A program made the position numbers and the translations under genes. This document shows positions 19,964-34,406 of a DNA stretch of 64,000 nucleotides, piece by piece. Below the pieces are notes generated by a model. The model ran no database searches and had not been told where the DNA came from. It was given only the letters and a program-made list of their open reading frames with translations. The stretch is from an uncultured Pseudomonadota bacterium (GTDB lineage: Bacteria > Pseudomonadota > Gammaproteobacteria > Xanthomonadales > Rhodanobacteraceae). Location: NCBI GenBank assembly GCA_963783025.1, contig CAWAMA010000013.1, forward strand, positions 24,139 to 88,138. The letters are read 5' to 3'. The first letter of the stretch is position 1. The number at the start of each line of letters is the position of its first letter.

Positions 19964-20035
19964 AAGACCGGTCGCCGCCGACGCCATGCGCCGGGCCGAC
20001 AGGCAACATGCAAACCACGGCTGGAGAGTTTTGTC

Positions 20036-21643
20036 TTGAACGATTCACCGACGCAACCAGCATCCGCCGCGGCGCGGCTTTCGGGCATGACACCGGCGGC
20101 GCTGCGCCTGGCACAAGCCGGCGCGGACGCGCTGCGCCAGCAGCGTCCGGACATCGCCGAGCATGAACTGCGCACAGCGCTGGTGCAGGCGCCCGCGCAT
20201 CCGGAAGTCGAGCGCCTGCTCGCGCTGGCCTTGCGCGCCCAGGGCAAGAATGCCGAGGCGCTCGAATTGTTGCGCCTGGCCGCGCAACGCTGGCCCGCGG
20301 ACGTGCTGGTGCAAAACGGTCTCGGTACCGCACTGGATGCCTGCGGCGAACGCGAGGCGGCGATCACCGCGTTCCGCCGCGCCTGCGAACTGGCCCCGCA
20401 AGCGGCGCCGTTATGGGCGAACCTGGGCAAGACCTTGTCCGATTACGGCCTGTTCGAAGAGGCCGTGCCGGTGTTGGAACGCGTTACCGCGATGACCGAT
20501 CACGCGGCGAGCAAGATCCGCCTGGCCCACGCGTTGCGCGCGCTGGGACGCATCGACGATGCCGAACGCCTGCTGCGCGCGATGCTCGAGCGCGATCCGG
20601 CGGACAGCGAGGTCTGGCTGGCCCTGGCCGGTTTGAAAACCCGGCCCCTGACCGTGGACGACATCGCCGCGGTCGAAGCGCTGCTGCGCCAGCCGAACCT
20701 GAAACTGGGCGAGCGCATTTCGCTTCAATTCACCCTGGCCAAGGCGTACGACGACCACGGCCGCTATGCGGACGCGTTTGCGCAATACACGCAAGGCAAT
20801 GCGGGCACCCGGCAACTGCATCCCTGGCAAGCCGCCTATTTCAGCCGCTTCGTCGACGACGTCATCCGGATCTTTGCGCAGCCCACTGCCAGCGCGCCCG
20901 GCGGCCTGGGCGACGAGGTGATTTTCATCGTCAGCCTGCCGCGCTCCGGTTCGAGCCTGACCGAACAGATCCTCGCTTCGCACCCGTTGATCGATGGTGG
21001 CGGCGAACTCGATGCGACCACGACCGTGATCGAAGCCGAATCGACGCGACGGCAAAAGCCCTTTCCGCTTTGGGTGCCGGAAGCCACGCCCGCCGACTGG
21101 CAACGCATGGGGCGTCACTATCTTGATCTCACGAAACGCTGGCAGCGCCCGGGCACGCGCTTCACCGACAAGTTGCCGGGTAACTGGTCGCGAGTGGGGC
21201 TCATCATGGCGATGCTGCCCGGCGCGCGCGTCATCGATTGCCGGCGCGATCCGGTGGAATCGTGTTTTTCCTGTTTCCGTACCCTGTTCAGCCAGGCCAA
21301 CCAGCCGTTCAGCTACGACCTCGGCGACATCGCCGCGTACTGGCGCGATTACGATCGCGCCAGCCGGCATTGGCAGAAGTTGTATCCGGCGCGCTACCGC
21401 GTGCAGCAGTACGAAACGCTGGTCGCCGAGCCGGAACCGCAAATTCGACAATTGCTGGATTTCTGCGGCGTGCCGTTCGATCCGGCTTGCCTGCGCCATC
21501 ACGAGACCGCGCGCAGCGTGCGCACCGCGAGCGCCGCGCAGGTGCGCGAACCGATCCGCCGCGACACCGCGCGCGCGGACAAGTACGGAGCGCTGCTCGA
21601 TCCGTTGCGCAAGGATCTCGGCTTGCCTCCCTTCGTTGCCTAG
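20036..21643 (+). CDS. TPR-containing sulfotransferase
   Basis: N-terminal TPRs; FIVSLPRSGSSLTEQIL PAPS loop, FTDKLP, RRDPVESCFS; start may be ATG 20087. Confidence 0.9.
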   Translation: MNDSPTQPASAAARLSGMTPAALRLAQAGADALRQQRPDIAEHELRTALVQAPAHPEVERLLALALRAQGKNAEALELLRLAAQRWPADVLVQNGLGTALDACGEREAAITAFRRACELAPQAAPLWANLGKTLSDYGLFEEAVPVLERVTAMTDHAASKIRLAHALRALGRIDDAERLLRAMLERDPADSEVWLALAGLKTRPLTVDDIAAVEALLRQPNLKLGERISLQFTLAKAYDDHGRYADAFAQYTQGNAGTRQLHPWQAAYFSRFVDDVIRIFAQPTASAPGGLGDEVIFIVSLPRSGSSLTEQILASHPLIDGGGELDATTTVIEAESTRRQKPFPLWVPEATPADWQRMGRHYLDLTKRWQRPGTRFTDKLPGNWSRVGLIMAMLPGARVIDCRRDPVESCFSCFRTLFSQANQPFSYDLGDIAAYWRDYDRASRHWQKLYPARYRVQQYETLVAEPEPQIRQLLDFCGVPFDPACLRHHETARSVRTASAAQVREPIRRDTARADKYGALLDPLRKDLGLPPFVA

Positions 21644-21665
21644 CGCGCTGCGCTATAGTTCGCGC

Positions 21666-22928
21666 ATGGCCGATTCGCCGGCATTGCTCGAACGCATCGC
21701 GGAACTGGACCGCCGCCTCGTCGCGGCGGTAAAAGGCATCAAGCTGCTCGCCGCGCTGAGCTGGCCGGCCAGCGCGCAGGAAGCGTTTCTCGCCGGTTGG
21801 CATGCAAAAAATCCACAATTACCCAAAGTGGATTATGCAAAATCGGATTCCTCGCGCACGCGCGAGGAGCTCGAAGCGATCTTCCTCGCCGCCGACGCGG
21901 CGCATCCGCTCGGCGACTACCTGCGCCGCAGTGCGCAATCCTGGCGCATCGCCACCGAACTGCTCGATGCCGCCGGCACCAGCGCCGTCACCGAACATTC
22001 GATCCACCTGTTCGGACGCCCGAACGACCGCCTGCCCGGCGGTACGGTCAGCACGCTCGACGCCGCGCGGCATTTCATCGAACTCGCGGACGAGCTCGGC
22101 GGCGAGATTTCCGCGCACGAGGCCGACTACTGCATCCCGGCCGACCTGCTGGAGCAGGAATTGCAGCAGCGCCTCGACGCGTTCTTCGGCGCCGGCGTCG
22201 TGCGCGTGGAAACCGACCCGAACCTGATCGCGAAGGCCGCGGCGGGCGCGACGCGCATCCGCCTGCGCTCGGCGACATGCTTTTCGGAATACGACAAGAG
22301 CCAGTTGCTCGAGCACGAGGCGTTCGTGCATTCGCTGACCGCGCTCAACGGCCGTGCGCAACCGAATCTCGGCTCGTTGGCCACGAACTCGCCGCGCATC
22401 ACCGCCACGCAGGAAGGCCTGGCAACGTTCGCCGAGCTCATGTCCGGGTCCATCGACATCGGCCGCATGAAACGCATTTCCCTGCGCATCCTCGCCATCG
22501 ACAAGGCGCTGGCGGGTGCGGATTTCATCGACGTGTTCAAATTCTTCCTCGCTTCCGGCCAGACCGAGGCCGACAGTTTCGCCTCGGCCGCGCGCGTGTT
22601 TCGCGGCGCGCCGCTGACCGGCGGCTGCGCGTTCACCAAGGACGCGGTGTATTTGCACGGCTTGCTGTCCGTGCACACGTTCTTCCGCTGGGCGCTGAAG
22701 AACAAGAAGCTGCAATGGTGCCGCAACCTGTTCGCCGGCAAGATGGCGCTGCACGACGTGATCGCGCTGGCGCCGTGGTTCGAGTCCGGCCACATCGCGC
22801 CGCCCCGGTACCTGCCGCCGTGGATGCAGCGCACGAACGGCCTGGCCGGCGCGCTGGCGTTTTCGCTGTTCGCGAATCGTATCCGGCTGGACAAGGTGGA
22901 AACGGAAGATCTCGTGCTCGGCGTCTGA
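21666..22928 (+). CDS. QEGLA-motif (DUF1704) metallopeptidase-like protein
   Basis: HEAFVH, TQEGLA, RVFRG, FTKDAVY motifs. Confidence 0.9.
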   Translation: MADSPALLERIAELDRRLVAAVKGIKLLAALSWPASAQEAFLAGWHAKNPQLPKVDYAKSDSSRTREELEAIFLAADAAHPLGDYLRRSAQSWRIATELLDAAGTSAVTEHSIHLFGRPNDRLPGGTVSTLDAARHFIELADELGGEISAHEADYCIPADLLEQELQQRLDAFFGAGVVRVETDPNLIAKAAAGATRIRLRSATCFSEYDKSQLLEHEAFVHSLTALNGRAQPNLGSLATNSPRITATQEGLATFAELMSGSIDIGRMKRISLRILAIDKALAGADFIDVFKFFLASGQTEADSFASAARVFRGAPLTGGCAFTKDAVYLHGLLSVHTFFRWALKNKKLQWCRNLFAGKMALHDVIALAPWFESGHIAPPRYLPPWMQRTNGLAGALAFSLFANRIRLDKVETEDLVLGV

Positions 22929-22943
22929 TCAGGAGGAACGAAC

Positions 22944-24260
22944 ATGCACCAACACATGTTTTTTGCAGCACTGCTGCTCGCGCTCGGCAGCGGCGCCGCG
23001 CCGGCGGCGGAAACGGATGCGCAACGCGTAGACGCCGTGCTGCCGCAGATCGTCGCCTGGCGTCGCGACATCCACCAGCACCCGGAATTGTCCAACCGCG
23101 AAGTGCGCACCTCCAAGCTCGTCGCCGGCGAATTGAACAAGCTCGGCTACACGGTGCGCACGGGTCTCGCGCACACCGGCGTGACCGGCGTGCTGGTCGG
23201 CGCCAAGCCGGGGCCGAAGCTGGCGATCCGTGCCGACATGGACGCGTTGCCGGTGACCGAGCCAGTCGATTTGCCGTTCGCCTCGAAGGCGACTGGCGAA
23301 TACCTGGGCAAGACGGTCGGCGTCATGCACGCCTGCGGGCACGACGCGCACACCGCGATGCTGCTCGGCCTGGCCGAGGTTTTCGCGGGCATGAAGAAGG
23401 ATTTGCCCGGCCAGGTCATGCTGATCTTCCAGCCCGCCGAGGAAGGCGTACCCCAGGGCGAGACCGGCGGCGCGGCGCAGATGGTCAAGGACGGCGTGTT
23501 CGCGGATTTCCATCCCGACGCGGTATTCGGCATGCACGTGGTCAGCACGATGAACGTCGGCATGGTCGGGGTGCGCGCGGGTGGCGCGATGGCCAGTTCC
23601 GACACCTTCCGCATCGTCGTGCACGGCCGCCAGAGCCACGGCGCGATGCCGTGGAAGGGCATCGATCCGATCGTGACGGCGGCGGAAATCGTCACCGATG
23701 CACAGACCATCGTCAGCCGCCAGCTCGACATCAGCGGCGACCCGGCGGTGGTCACTTTCGGTATCTTCAACGGCGGCTCGCGCTTCAACATCGTGCCCGA
23801 TTCGGCCGAGCTGCAAGGCACCGTGCGCACGTTCGACGAAGGCATGCGCAAGCAGGCGCTGGCATCGCTGCGCAACATTGCCGAACACGTCGCCGCGGCG
23901 AACGGAGCGACCGTGGATACGCAGATTCCACTGTCCGCCGACAGCAGCAACCCGGTCAATTACAACGACCCGGCGCTGACCGCTCGCGTTCGCGCGAGCC
24001 TGGAAACCGCACTCGGCAAGGATCATGTGATCGAATCGCCGCGCTGGACGGCGTCGGAGGACTTTCCTTACCTCCCGCGCGGCGCGAAGGCACCGTCCGT
24101 ATACTTTTTCGTCGGCTCCACGCCACACGGCGTCGATGCCGCCACCGCGCCGACCAACCATTCGCCGAAGTTCTTCCTCGACGAGGGCGCACTCAAGGTC
24201 GGCACTCGGGCCATGCTGCGGGCGGCGCTGGATTACCTGGGACATCCCGCCGCCGATTGA
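22944..24260 (+). CDS. secreted M20D amidohydrolase
   Basis: Signal peptide, RRDIHQHPELS, RADMDAL, MHACGHD, FQPAEEG. Confidence 0.92.
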   Translation: MHQHMFFAALLLALGSGAAPAAETDAQRVDAVLPQIVAWRRDIHQHPELSNREVRTSKLVAGELNKLGYTVRTGLAHTGVTGVLVGAKPGPKLAIRADMDALPVTEPVDLPFASKATGEYLGKTVGVMHACGHDAHTAMLLGLAEVFAGMKKDLPGQVMLIFQPAEEGVPQGETGGAAQMVKDGVFADFHPDAVFGMHVVSTMNVGMVGVRAGGAMASSDTFRIVVHGRQSHGAMPWKGIDPIVTAAEIVTDAQTIVSRQLDISGDPAVVTFGIFNGGSRFNIVPDSAELQGTVRTFDEGMRKQALASLRNIAEHVAAANGATVDTQIPLSADSSNPVNYNDPALTARVRASLETALGKDHVIESPRWTASEDFPYLPRGAKAPSVYFFVGSTPHGVDAATAPTNHSPKFFLDEGALKVGTRAMLRAALDYLGHPAAD

Positions 24261-24323
24261 CGGAACGCACGCTGTGCTAAGCTCGCAAACCCGCATCGGA
24301 TGCGGGATTGCGAGCGTTATGCC

Positions 24324-26616
24324 ATGTCCACCGCCGACGACCTGAAGCAAGCCGCCCTCGACTACCACCGCCGCAACCCGCCGGGCAAGATCCGCATATC
24401 GCCGACCAAGCCGCTGGTGACGCAACGCGATCTGGCGCTCGCGTACTCGCCGGGCGTGGCGGCGGCCTGCGACGCGATCGTCGCCGATCCGGGCGAAGTC
24501 TCCACAGTCACCGCGCGCGGCAATCTCGTCGCCGTGATCACGAACGGCACGGCCGTTCTGGGCCTGGGCAACATCGGCCCGCTCGCGGCGAAACCCGTGA
24601 TGGAAGGCAAGGGCGTGCTGTTCCAGAAATTCGCCGGCATCGACGTGTTCGACATCGAGGTCGCCGAGTGCGACCCGGACAAGCTCGTCGACATCATCGC
24701 CGCGCTGGAGCCGACGTTCGGCGGCATCAATCTCGAGGACATCAAGGCGCCGGAATGTTTCACCGTCGAGCGCAAGTTGCGCGAGCGCGTAAAGATTCCG
24801 GTGTTCCACGACGACCAGCACGGCACCTCGATCATCGTCGGCGCGGCGGTGCTCAACGCGCTCGCCGTGGTCGGCAAGAAGATCGGCGAGGTGAAAGTCG
24901 CCTCCACCGGCGCCGGAGCGGCCGGCATCGCCTGCCTGGACATGCTCGTCCAGCTCGGCGTTAACCCTGCGAACATCCTCGTCGTCGACCGCGTCGGCGT
25001 GATCTACAAAGGGCGCGCGGACGACATGGATCCGGCCAAGCAGCGCTACGCGCGCGAGACAAAGGCGCGCACGCTGGCCGACATCGTCAAAGGCGCGGAC
25101 ATCTTCCTGGGACTGTCCGCCGCCGGCGTACTCAGCGGCGACATGGTCAAGACCATGGCGGCGCGGCCAATCATCCTCGCGCTGGCGAATCCGACGCCGG
25201 AAATCCTGCCCGAGCTTGCGCGCGCGGCGCGCCCCGACGCGATCATCGCCACCGGGCGTTCGGATTACCCGAACCAGGTCAACAACGCGCTGTGTTTCCC
25301 GTACATCTTCCGCGGCGCGCTGGATGTCGGCGCGACCACGATCAACGAGGCGATGAAGGTCGCCTGCGTGCACGCGATCGCGGAACTCGCGCGGCGCGAG
25401 ATTTCCGATGTCGCCGCGCGCGCCTACGGCGACCAGTTGCTCGTCGTTCGGGCCGGAATACCTGATTCCGCAGCCGTTCGATCCGCGTCTGCTCGTGTCG
25501 CTCGCGCCCGCGGTGGCCAAGGCGGCCATGGATTCGGGCGTGGCGACGCGGCCGATCGCGGACTTGAACGCCTACCGCGAGCGCCTGTCGCAGTTCGTCT
25601 ACCGCACCGGCATGGTGATGAAGCCGGTGTTCGAGCGCGCCAAGGCCGACGTCAAGCGCGTGGTTTATGCCGAGGGCGAGGAAGACACCATTCTGCGCGC
25701 GGTGCAGACCGTGGTCGACGAGGGCATGGCCAAGCCCATCCTGATCGGACGTCCCGCGGTGATCGAGAAGCGCATCGAGCGGCTCGGCCTGCGCATCCGC
25801 GCCGGCGAGCATTTCGAATTGACCAATGTCGACGACGATCCGCGCTACAACGATTACTGGGGCCTGTACCTGAAGCTGACCGAACGCCGCGGCATCACGC
25901 CGCCGCTGGCCAAGGCGCTGGTGCGTTCGCGGCCCTCGCTGATCGCGGCGCTGATGGTCGCGCGCGGCGAGGCGGACGCGATGATTTGCGGCATCGTCGG
26001 CCGCTACCAGCGCCAGTTGCGCCACATCATGGACGTGCTGCCGCTCGATCCCGGCGTGTCCGCGCCGGCGGCGATGACCGCGGTGCAGAACGACCGCGGC
26101 ACCTGGTTCTTCGTCGACACGCACGTGCAATACGAGCCTTCCGCCGAGCAGATCGCCGAGGCCACACTGCAGGCCGTGTTGCGCCTGAAACTGTTCGGCA
26201 TCGCGCCGCGCGTGGCGCTGCTGTCGCATTCGAATTTCGGCACTCACGACAATGCCAGCGCGCGCAAGATGCGGCAGGTGCTCGAACTCGTGCGGGCCAA
26301 GGATCCGCGCCTGGAAATCGACGGCGAGATGCAGGCCGACACCGCGCTGAACGAGGAAATCCGCGCGCGCATCTTCCCGAACTCGCTGCTGCGCGGCCGC
26401 GCCAACGTGTTCGTGTTCCCGAATCTGGATGCGGCCAACATCGCCTACAACATGGTGCGCCAGTTCACCGAGGGCGTCGCGATCGGCCCGATCCTGATGG
26501 GCGTGTCCAAGCCGGCGCACGTGCTCACGCCGGCCTCAACCGTGCGCCGCGTGGTCAACGTCACCGCGATAGCCTGCGTCGAGGCGCAGATCCGCGCGCA
26601 GGCGGCGCCGGCCTGA
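24324..26616 (+). CDS. maeB: NADP-dependent malic enzyme with PTA-like C-terminal domain (frameshift near 25440)
   Basis: [24 protein letters not shown], then FGPEYLIP and DGEMQAD in the next frame. Confidence 0.93.
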
Positions 26617-26622
26617 CCGCGG

Positions 26623-27980
26623 TCAGGCCTTTTCCGCGATCGCGATGAATCCAGGGATCGGCACGTTGTTTTCCAGCCGCACGTCGATATCTTCTATCCT
26701 GCAACGGGCAAATCCGGCCGCTTGGCACAGCGCTTCGATCGACGCGCGCGCGTGCGCGTAGCGTTTGCTCGGGCGCAGCACGAGCGCGCCTTCCGCGGCG
26801 TCCGCCACTTCGCAGGAAAAGATCAGCGCGCCGCCGGGGCGCAGAACGTCGAAGCAGGCCGGGATAACGGCGGCAAGATCGCCAACATAAATGAATACGT
26901 CATTCGCCGTCACGATGTCGAACGACGCGGGCGCCGTTTCGCGCAGGACCGCAAGCAGGTCGGCCTGTTTCAGGTCCGTGTACAGGTTGTGTCGCCGGGC
27001 CTGCTCGAGCATGCGCGGCGACAAATCCACGCCGACCAGTTTGCCGTCGATCTTGCCCAGGTGCACGCCCAGCAGCCCGGTGCCGCAGCCCAGGTCGAGC
27101 AGATCGAAGCGCGGGCGTTGTTGCGCGCGGACGATTTCCGCGACGCGTTGCGGTACGCGGTATTTCAGTTTTCCGACCAACTGGCGGTCGAAGCGATCGG
27201 CATAGCCGTCGAAGATCGACTGCACGAGTTCAGGCGGCTGCGAAGCCGGGGTTTCGCCGCGCGCGGCGGCGAGGTAGAACGCGGCCGTCGCGTTGCCGGG
27301 CTCGCGGCGCAGCACGCGTTCGAGCAAGGCCACTGCTTCGTCGTTTCGCCCCATCGCGCTTAGCGTGTAGGCGTAATTGACTTCTGCCGCCGAGTCGTCC
27401 GGATGTTGTGCCAGAAGCTTGCGCCAGTGGGCGGCGGCCTCATCGTAGCGCTGCAGTGATGGTCAACAAGTTGCCGAGGTTCCGGCCGAGGCCCAGTTCA
27501 TCCGGCCATTGCAAATGGGCGCGCTTGCATGTGCCCAGCGCGACGTTGCGAAAATCCTGCACTTGATGGCTACCGCGATGGCGACATCGAGCGGCTGCCG
27601 TTTGTCGGGCGCCAGATTCCACGGCCGTGTCGGCCGCGGTCATTGCCTCCGGATAGCGACCATGCGTATCAACTCATCGCCAGTTCGGCAAATGGCCGCG
27701 CCCAGTTCGGCACCGCCTCGGTCGCGATGCTTGAAGGCAAGCAGTTCGTGCCGCGTATCCTTGTTGCGGCGTGCGATGAGAGCTTCGAAGAGCAGCGGGC
27801 GCGGACATCGGTGCGGGTAGCTCGCGATTGAAGCCTTCAGCGCGGCAATGCCGCGGCTTGTCGATGCGGCCTTGGACAATGTGTCGGATCCAAGCGGTGA
27901 TGAGCTGGGCAGTTGACCGGATCGGGATTGTGCAGCTGTCATTGGCAAGCGCCGTGCTGGGGCAGATTGGGAACCGCCAT
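26623..27980 (-). CDS. TPR-containing SAM methyltransferase (5' half heavily frameshifted)
   Basis: [33 protein letters not shown]-like fragments recoverable across frames up to MAVPNLP at 27980. Confidence 0.75.
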
Positions 27981-28128
27981 GTAGAGGTCCGCCGCCGCCA
28001 TGGTGCAAGGGCGGCGCGCCGCGTGCCGTGTCTGGCACAGTCGGGTAAACTGCCGGGAAAATTTTCGTACATCGGTGTGGTATGCGGCCGCGCCAACGCG
28101 AGGAGCCAGATCAACCCGCTTCACCGAC

Positions 28129-30830
<2,702 letters not shown>

Positions 30831-31244
30831 TCACCGCGGCCTGCGACCTCTTCAACGCCGGATTGAGCCGATCCAGATCCGCCTGCACTTGCTCCGGGCT
30901 GCGCTCGTAGACGATCTCGCGTCCCAGCGCCTTGCCGGAAAACGCGGTCTTGTTTGGCGTCGGCGTCATGTCGCATTTGACGCTGTGCACGCCTGCGCCG
31001 AGCACCACCGTGATGCGATGCGCATGTTTGTTCAACACGACGACATCCATGGTCTTGCCGGTTTCGGTGATGCGCACGCTGATTTTTTCGATGTTCATGC
31101 AAGATCTCGCGTTGTTCAGGATCCGATGAAGTCTACGCTGCGGCGGCTTCCACGATTGCATCACCGGCGCATGGACTCAAGCTTGAGCGCGAAATAATTG
31201 CTTCGTCCACGCCGGTCTCATCAGTGCAGTATGCTCGAAGGAAC

Positions 31245-31875
31245 ATGCCCATGCTCCGCCAACTTCTCGCCGCAGGACTTCTCATGATCGCCACCTCGCT
31301 CGGGGCGCAGGCCGCGTCCGTCGAAAAAGCCGCCGCGCCGGCCTGGCGCGCAAACCATTACTCTTGGCGGCGGCTGTTTCTGGTGCCTGGAAGCCGTGTT
31401 CGAGGAAATGAAGGGCGTGGTCAGCGTGACCTCGGGTTACGCCGGGGGCCATGTCGCCAATCCGAACTACGAGCAGGTTTCCAGCGGCACGACGGGCCAT
31501 GCGGAAGTGGTGCAGATCGTGTACGACCCGGCCGTGTTGCCGCTCGACGTGCTGCTGCGCGCCTACTTCACGATCCACGATCCGACCACGCTCGACCGCC
31601 AGGGCAACGATGTCGGCACGCAGTATCGGTCGGTTGCGTTCTACCGCGACGCCGCGCAGAAAGCGGCGATCGAGAAGGCCATCGCCGAAACCGCGGCGAG
31701 CGGCGAATGGCAGGGCCGCATCGTGACCCAGGTCGAACCGTTCAGCGTGTTCTACAAGGCGGAAAACTACCATCAGGAATACTTCCGCCTGCACGGCACG
31801 CAGCCGTATTGCCAGCTCGTGGTGGCGCCGAAGGTGGCCAAGTTCCGCAAGAAATTCCACGACTGGCTCAAGTAG
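31245..31875 (+). CDS. msrA: peptide-methionine (S)-S-oxide reductase with signal peptide (frameshift near 31350)
   Basis: GGCFWCLE (ggcggctgtttctggtgcctggaa), SGYAGG, TGHAEVV, HDPT, AENYHQEY. Confidence 0.9.
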
Positions 31876-32950
31876 CCGCGTCGAACAGCTCCGGCTGGGT
31901 GAACTCGTCCGCGTCGCGGAAATTCGACAACCCCACGCCGGCCAGGCGATAGAGCGTCGTCGCCGGCAGTTCCACGCGCGCGATGAGCGACGCGGCGATC
32001 TCCACGAATTCGTTCTCCGACTGCGGCGGCAGCGAGCGGCGTGTGGCTGCGCGTGAGGACGTGGAAATCCGCGGTCTTGAGCTTGAGCACCACGGTGCGG
32101 CCGATGCGCTCGGTCTTGCGGCTTGCCGCCCAGGTTTTCGCCGCCAGCGCACGGATCGTCGATTCGATGGCGGACAGCGGCAGGTCGCGCTCGAACGTGT
32201 CCTCGGTCGATATCGACTGCACGGGTTGATCGGGCTCGACCGGTCGCTCGTCGATGCCGCGCGCGAGTTCGTGCAGGCGCCGGCCGTAACGGCCGAAGCG
32301 TCGTTCCAGGTCGCGCACGTCGCGCAAGCGCAGGTCCGCGCAGGTGCGGATGCCGAGCGCGGCGAGTCGGGCGTCCATGACCTTGCCAACGCCGGGAATC
32401 TTCGCCACCACCAGCGGGGCGAGGAAGGCTTCGGCCTCGTGCGGGCGGATCACGAACAGGCCGTCGGGCTTGCGCCAGTCCGAAGCGATCTTGGCGAGGA
32501 ACTTGTTCGGCGCAACGCCGGCCGAGGCGGTAAGCGCCGTCTCCTGCGCGATCGCGGCGCGGATGGACCTGGCCACGGCGGTGGCCGAGGCCAGCCCGGA
32601 TTTCGGCGCGGTCACATCGAGATAGGCCTCGTCCAGCGACAAGTGGTTCGACCAATTCGGTGTGGCGCAGGAAAATCTCGCGCACCTGTTTCGACACGGC
32701 GCGGTAACGCGAAAAATCCGGCGGCACGAACACCGCGTGTGGGCACAGGCGCTCGGCGCGCATTGCCGGCATGGCCGAGCGCACGCCGAAACGGCGCGCC
32801 TCGTAGGACGCCGCGCACACCACCGAACGCGCGCCGCGCCAGGCCACGACCACGGGTTGTCCGCGCAGCTTGGCATCGTCGCGCTGCTCGACGCTGGCGT
32901 AGAAGGCGTCCATGTCGATGTGCACGATTTTGCGCGGTGGAAGCATCCAT
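31868..32950 (-). CDS. dinB: DNA polymerase IV (frameshifted)
   Basis: HIDMDAFYASVE, SYEARRFGV, SLDEAYLD, NKFLAKIASD. Confidence 0.93.
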
Positions 32951-33064
32951 GCACGAATTGTGCGCGCGGTGTAGTCGATTTCCTACACGGCGATGCGGCG
33001 TGCGCCGATTTTCCGGAGGCGATCGAATCGAGACGATGACTTCACACCAAACGGAGGTCGGATC

Positions 33065-33623
33065 ATGCAGAACAATCCTTACATCGCGAGCGGGCGCAGC
33101 ATGCGCTGGTACGAATGGCTGGCGGGGTTGTTCCTGCTCGGCCTCGCGTTCGGTGTACGCGCGGGATCGGTATACAAATGCGCGGATGGGTCCGGCGCGA
33201 TCGCGTTCCAGGACCGGCCCTGCGCGGCGGCGCAGGCGCAATCCGAAGTCGAGATCGAATCCGGCGCCCGCGCATGCGTCACCGCCGCAATATGCCGTCG
33301 AAACGCATGCACAGCGCGCGAATTCTCGCGAATCGCGCTCGCAACCGCGGCCCGCACGCGCGACCGCCTACGAATGCCGTGCCAGCGACGGCCGCGTGTT
33401 CTACCGCCTTGGCGCGTGTCCGCGCTCGTTGGCGACGGAAGGCGGCGCGGCGCGCGGCAAAAGCCGCAGCGGCAACTCGGTGAGCGTTTCCGGTCATGCG
33501 ATTTCGCGTGACGAAGCCTGCGCGCAGATGCGTCGCGCCGGCTCCATCGGTCGCGGCGGTCACGATTTCGACGAGCAGGTTTCCACCTATGACAAGAATC
33601 TGGGCCGCGATCCCTGCGCCTGA
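33065..33623 (+). CDS. DUF4124 domain secreted protein (frameshifted)
   Basis: GGAGG RBS, VYKCADGSGAIAFQDRPC, continuing as YECRASDG...GRDPCA in another frame. Confidence 0.72.
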
Positions 33624-33626
33624 CGC

Positions 33627-34395
33627 GTGAATCCGGTATCGTGGCGCGATTCCATCGCCGGATTGCCGCCATGCGTTTTCAATGCGTGCCTGTCGATTGC
33701 CTTCGGTTTGATCCTTTGCGCCTGCTCGGATGGCAATGCGCCGCCGCCGCCCGATCCCGCCGTCGTCGCGAAAGCCGCTGCCGAGGCAGCGGCCGGCAAG
33801 GAAGGCGCACTGTACGACCAGATGCGGCAAAGCGGCAGCTGGGACATCGCCACGTCTCTGGGCAACGAGATTCTCGCCAAATATCCTGGCACGCAGACCG
33901 CCGCGCGCGTGCAGCAGACCATCGCCGAGACGCGCGCGAAATCCGCCGTCATCGCCGACTCGCATCGCCTCGCGCGCCTGTGGACCTACACCGCCACGGC
34001 CGAAGATGGCGGCACGCAATACGCCGCGGCGATCGCGACCAAGAAGCGCTGAAATTGCCGAACGCGCGCCTGCGCCTGGTGCTTGCGCCAGCATCCGAAA
34101 TGGGGCCAGAGCGTCTACCTGCTGCTCGACAACGCCACGTTCGACTGCAAGGGCGGCTGCGCGACGCTGCCGGTGAGCTTCGACGGCGCCAGGGCGCAAC
34201 GCATGAAGGCGACGATTCCGCCGACCGGCGAACCGGCCCTGTTCATCGACGACGACAAGGGGTTCATCGCCAGGCTCGAAAAAGCGAAAACCGTCGCCGT
34301 CGGCGTGAACGTGAAGGGGAGTCGGCGCGCTCGACGCCGAATTCGAGGTCGGCGGATTCGATCCGGCGAAACTGCCGAACAAGCCAAAGAAGTAG
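33627..34395 (+). CDS. hypothetical lipoprotein (frameshifted)
   Basis: LILCACS lipobox-like; RLARLWTY, RQHPKWGQSVYL, TGEPALFIDD segments across frames. Confidence 0.6.
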
Positions 34396-34406
34396 CAGAA
34401 TCGCGT

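Noticed and set aside
25430..25450. Programmed frameshift or natural split in maeB (and in the trp genes, purC, dinB)
   Set aside because: No slippery sites were noticed, and indels are pervasive in the region; sequencing error is simpler
21797..25529. Very long alternative-frame and antisense ORFs (e.g. 827 aa, 866 aa; also 39610-42012, 42472-44751)
   Set aside because: Arg/Ala-rich shadow ORFs of well-supported genes, expected in high-GC DNA
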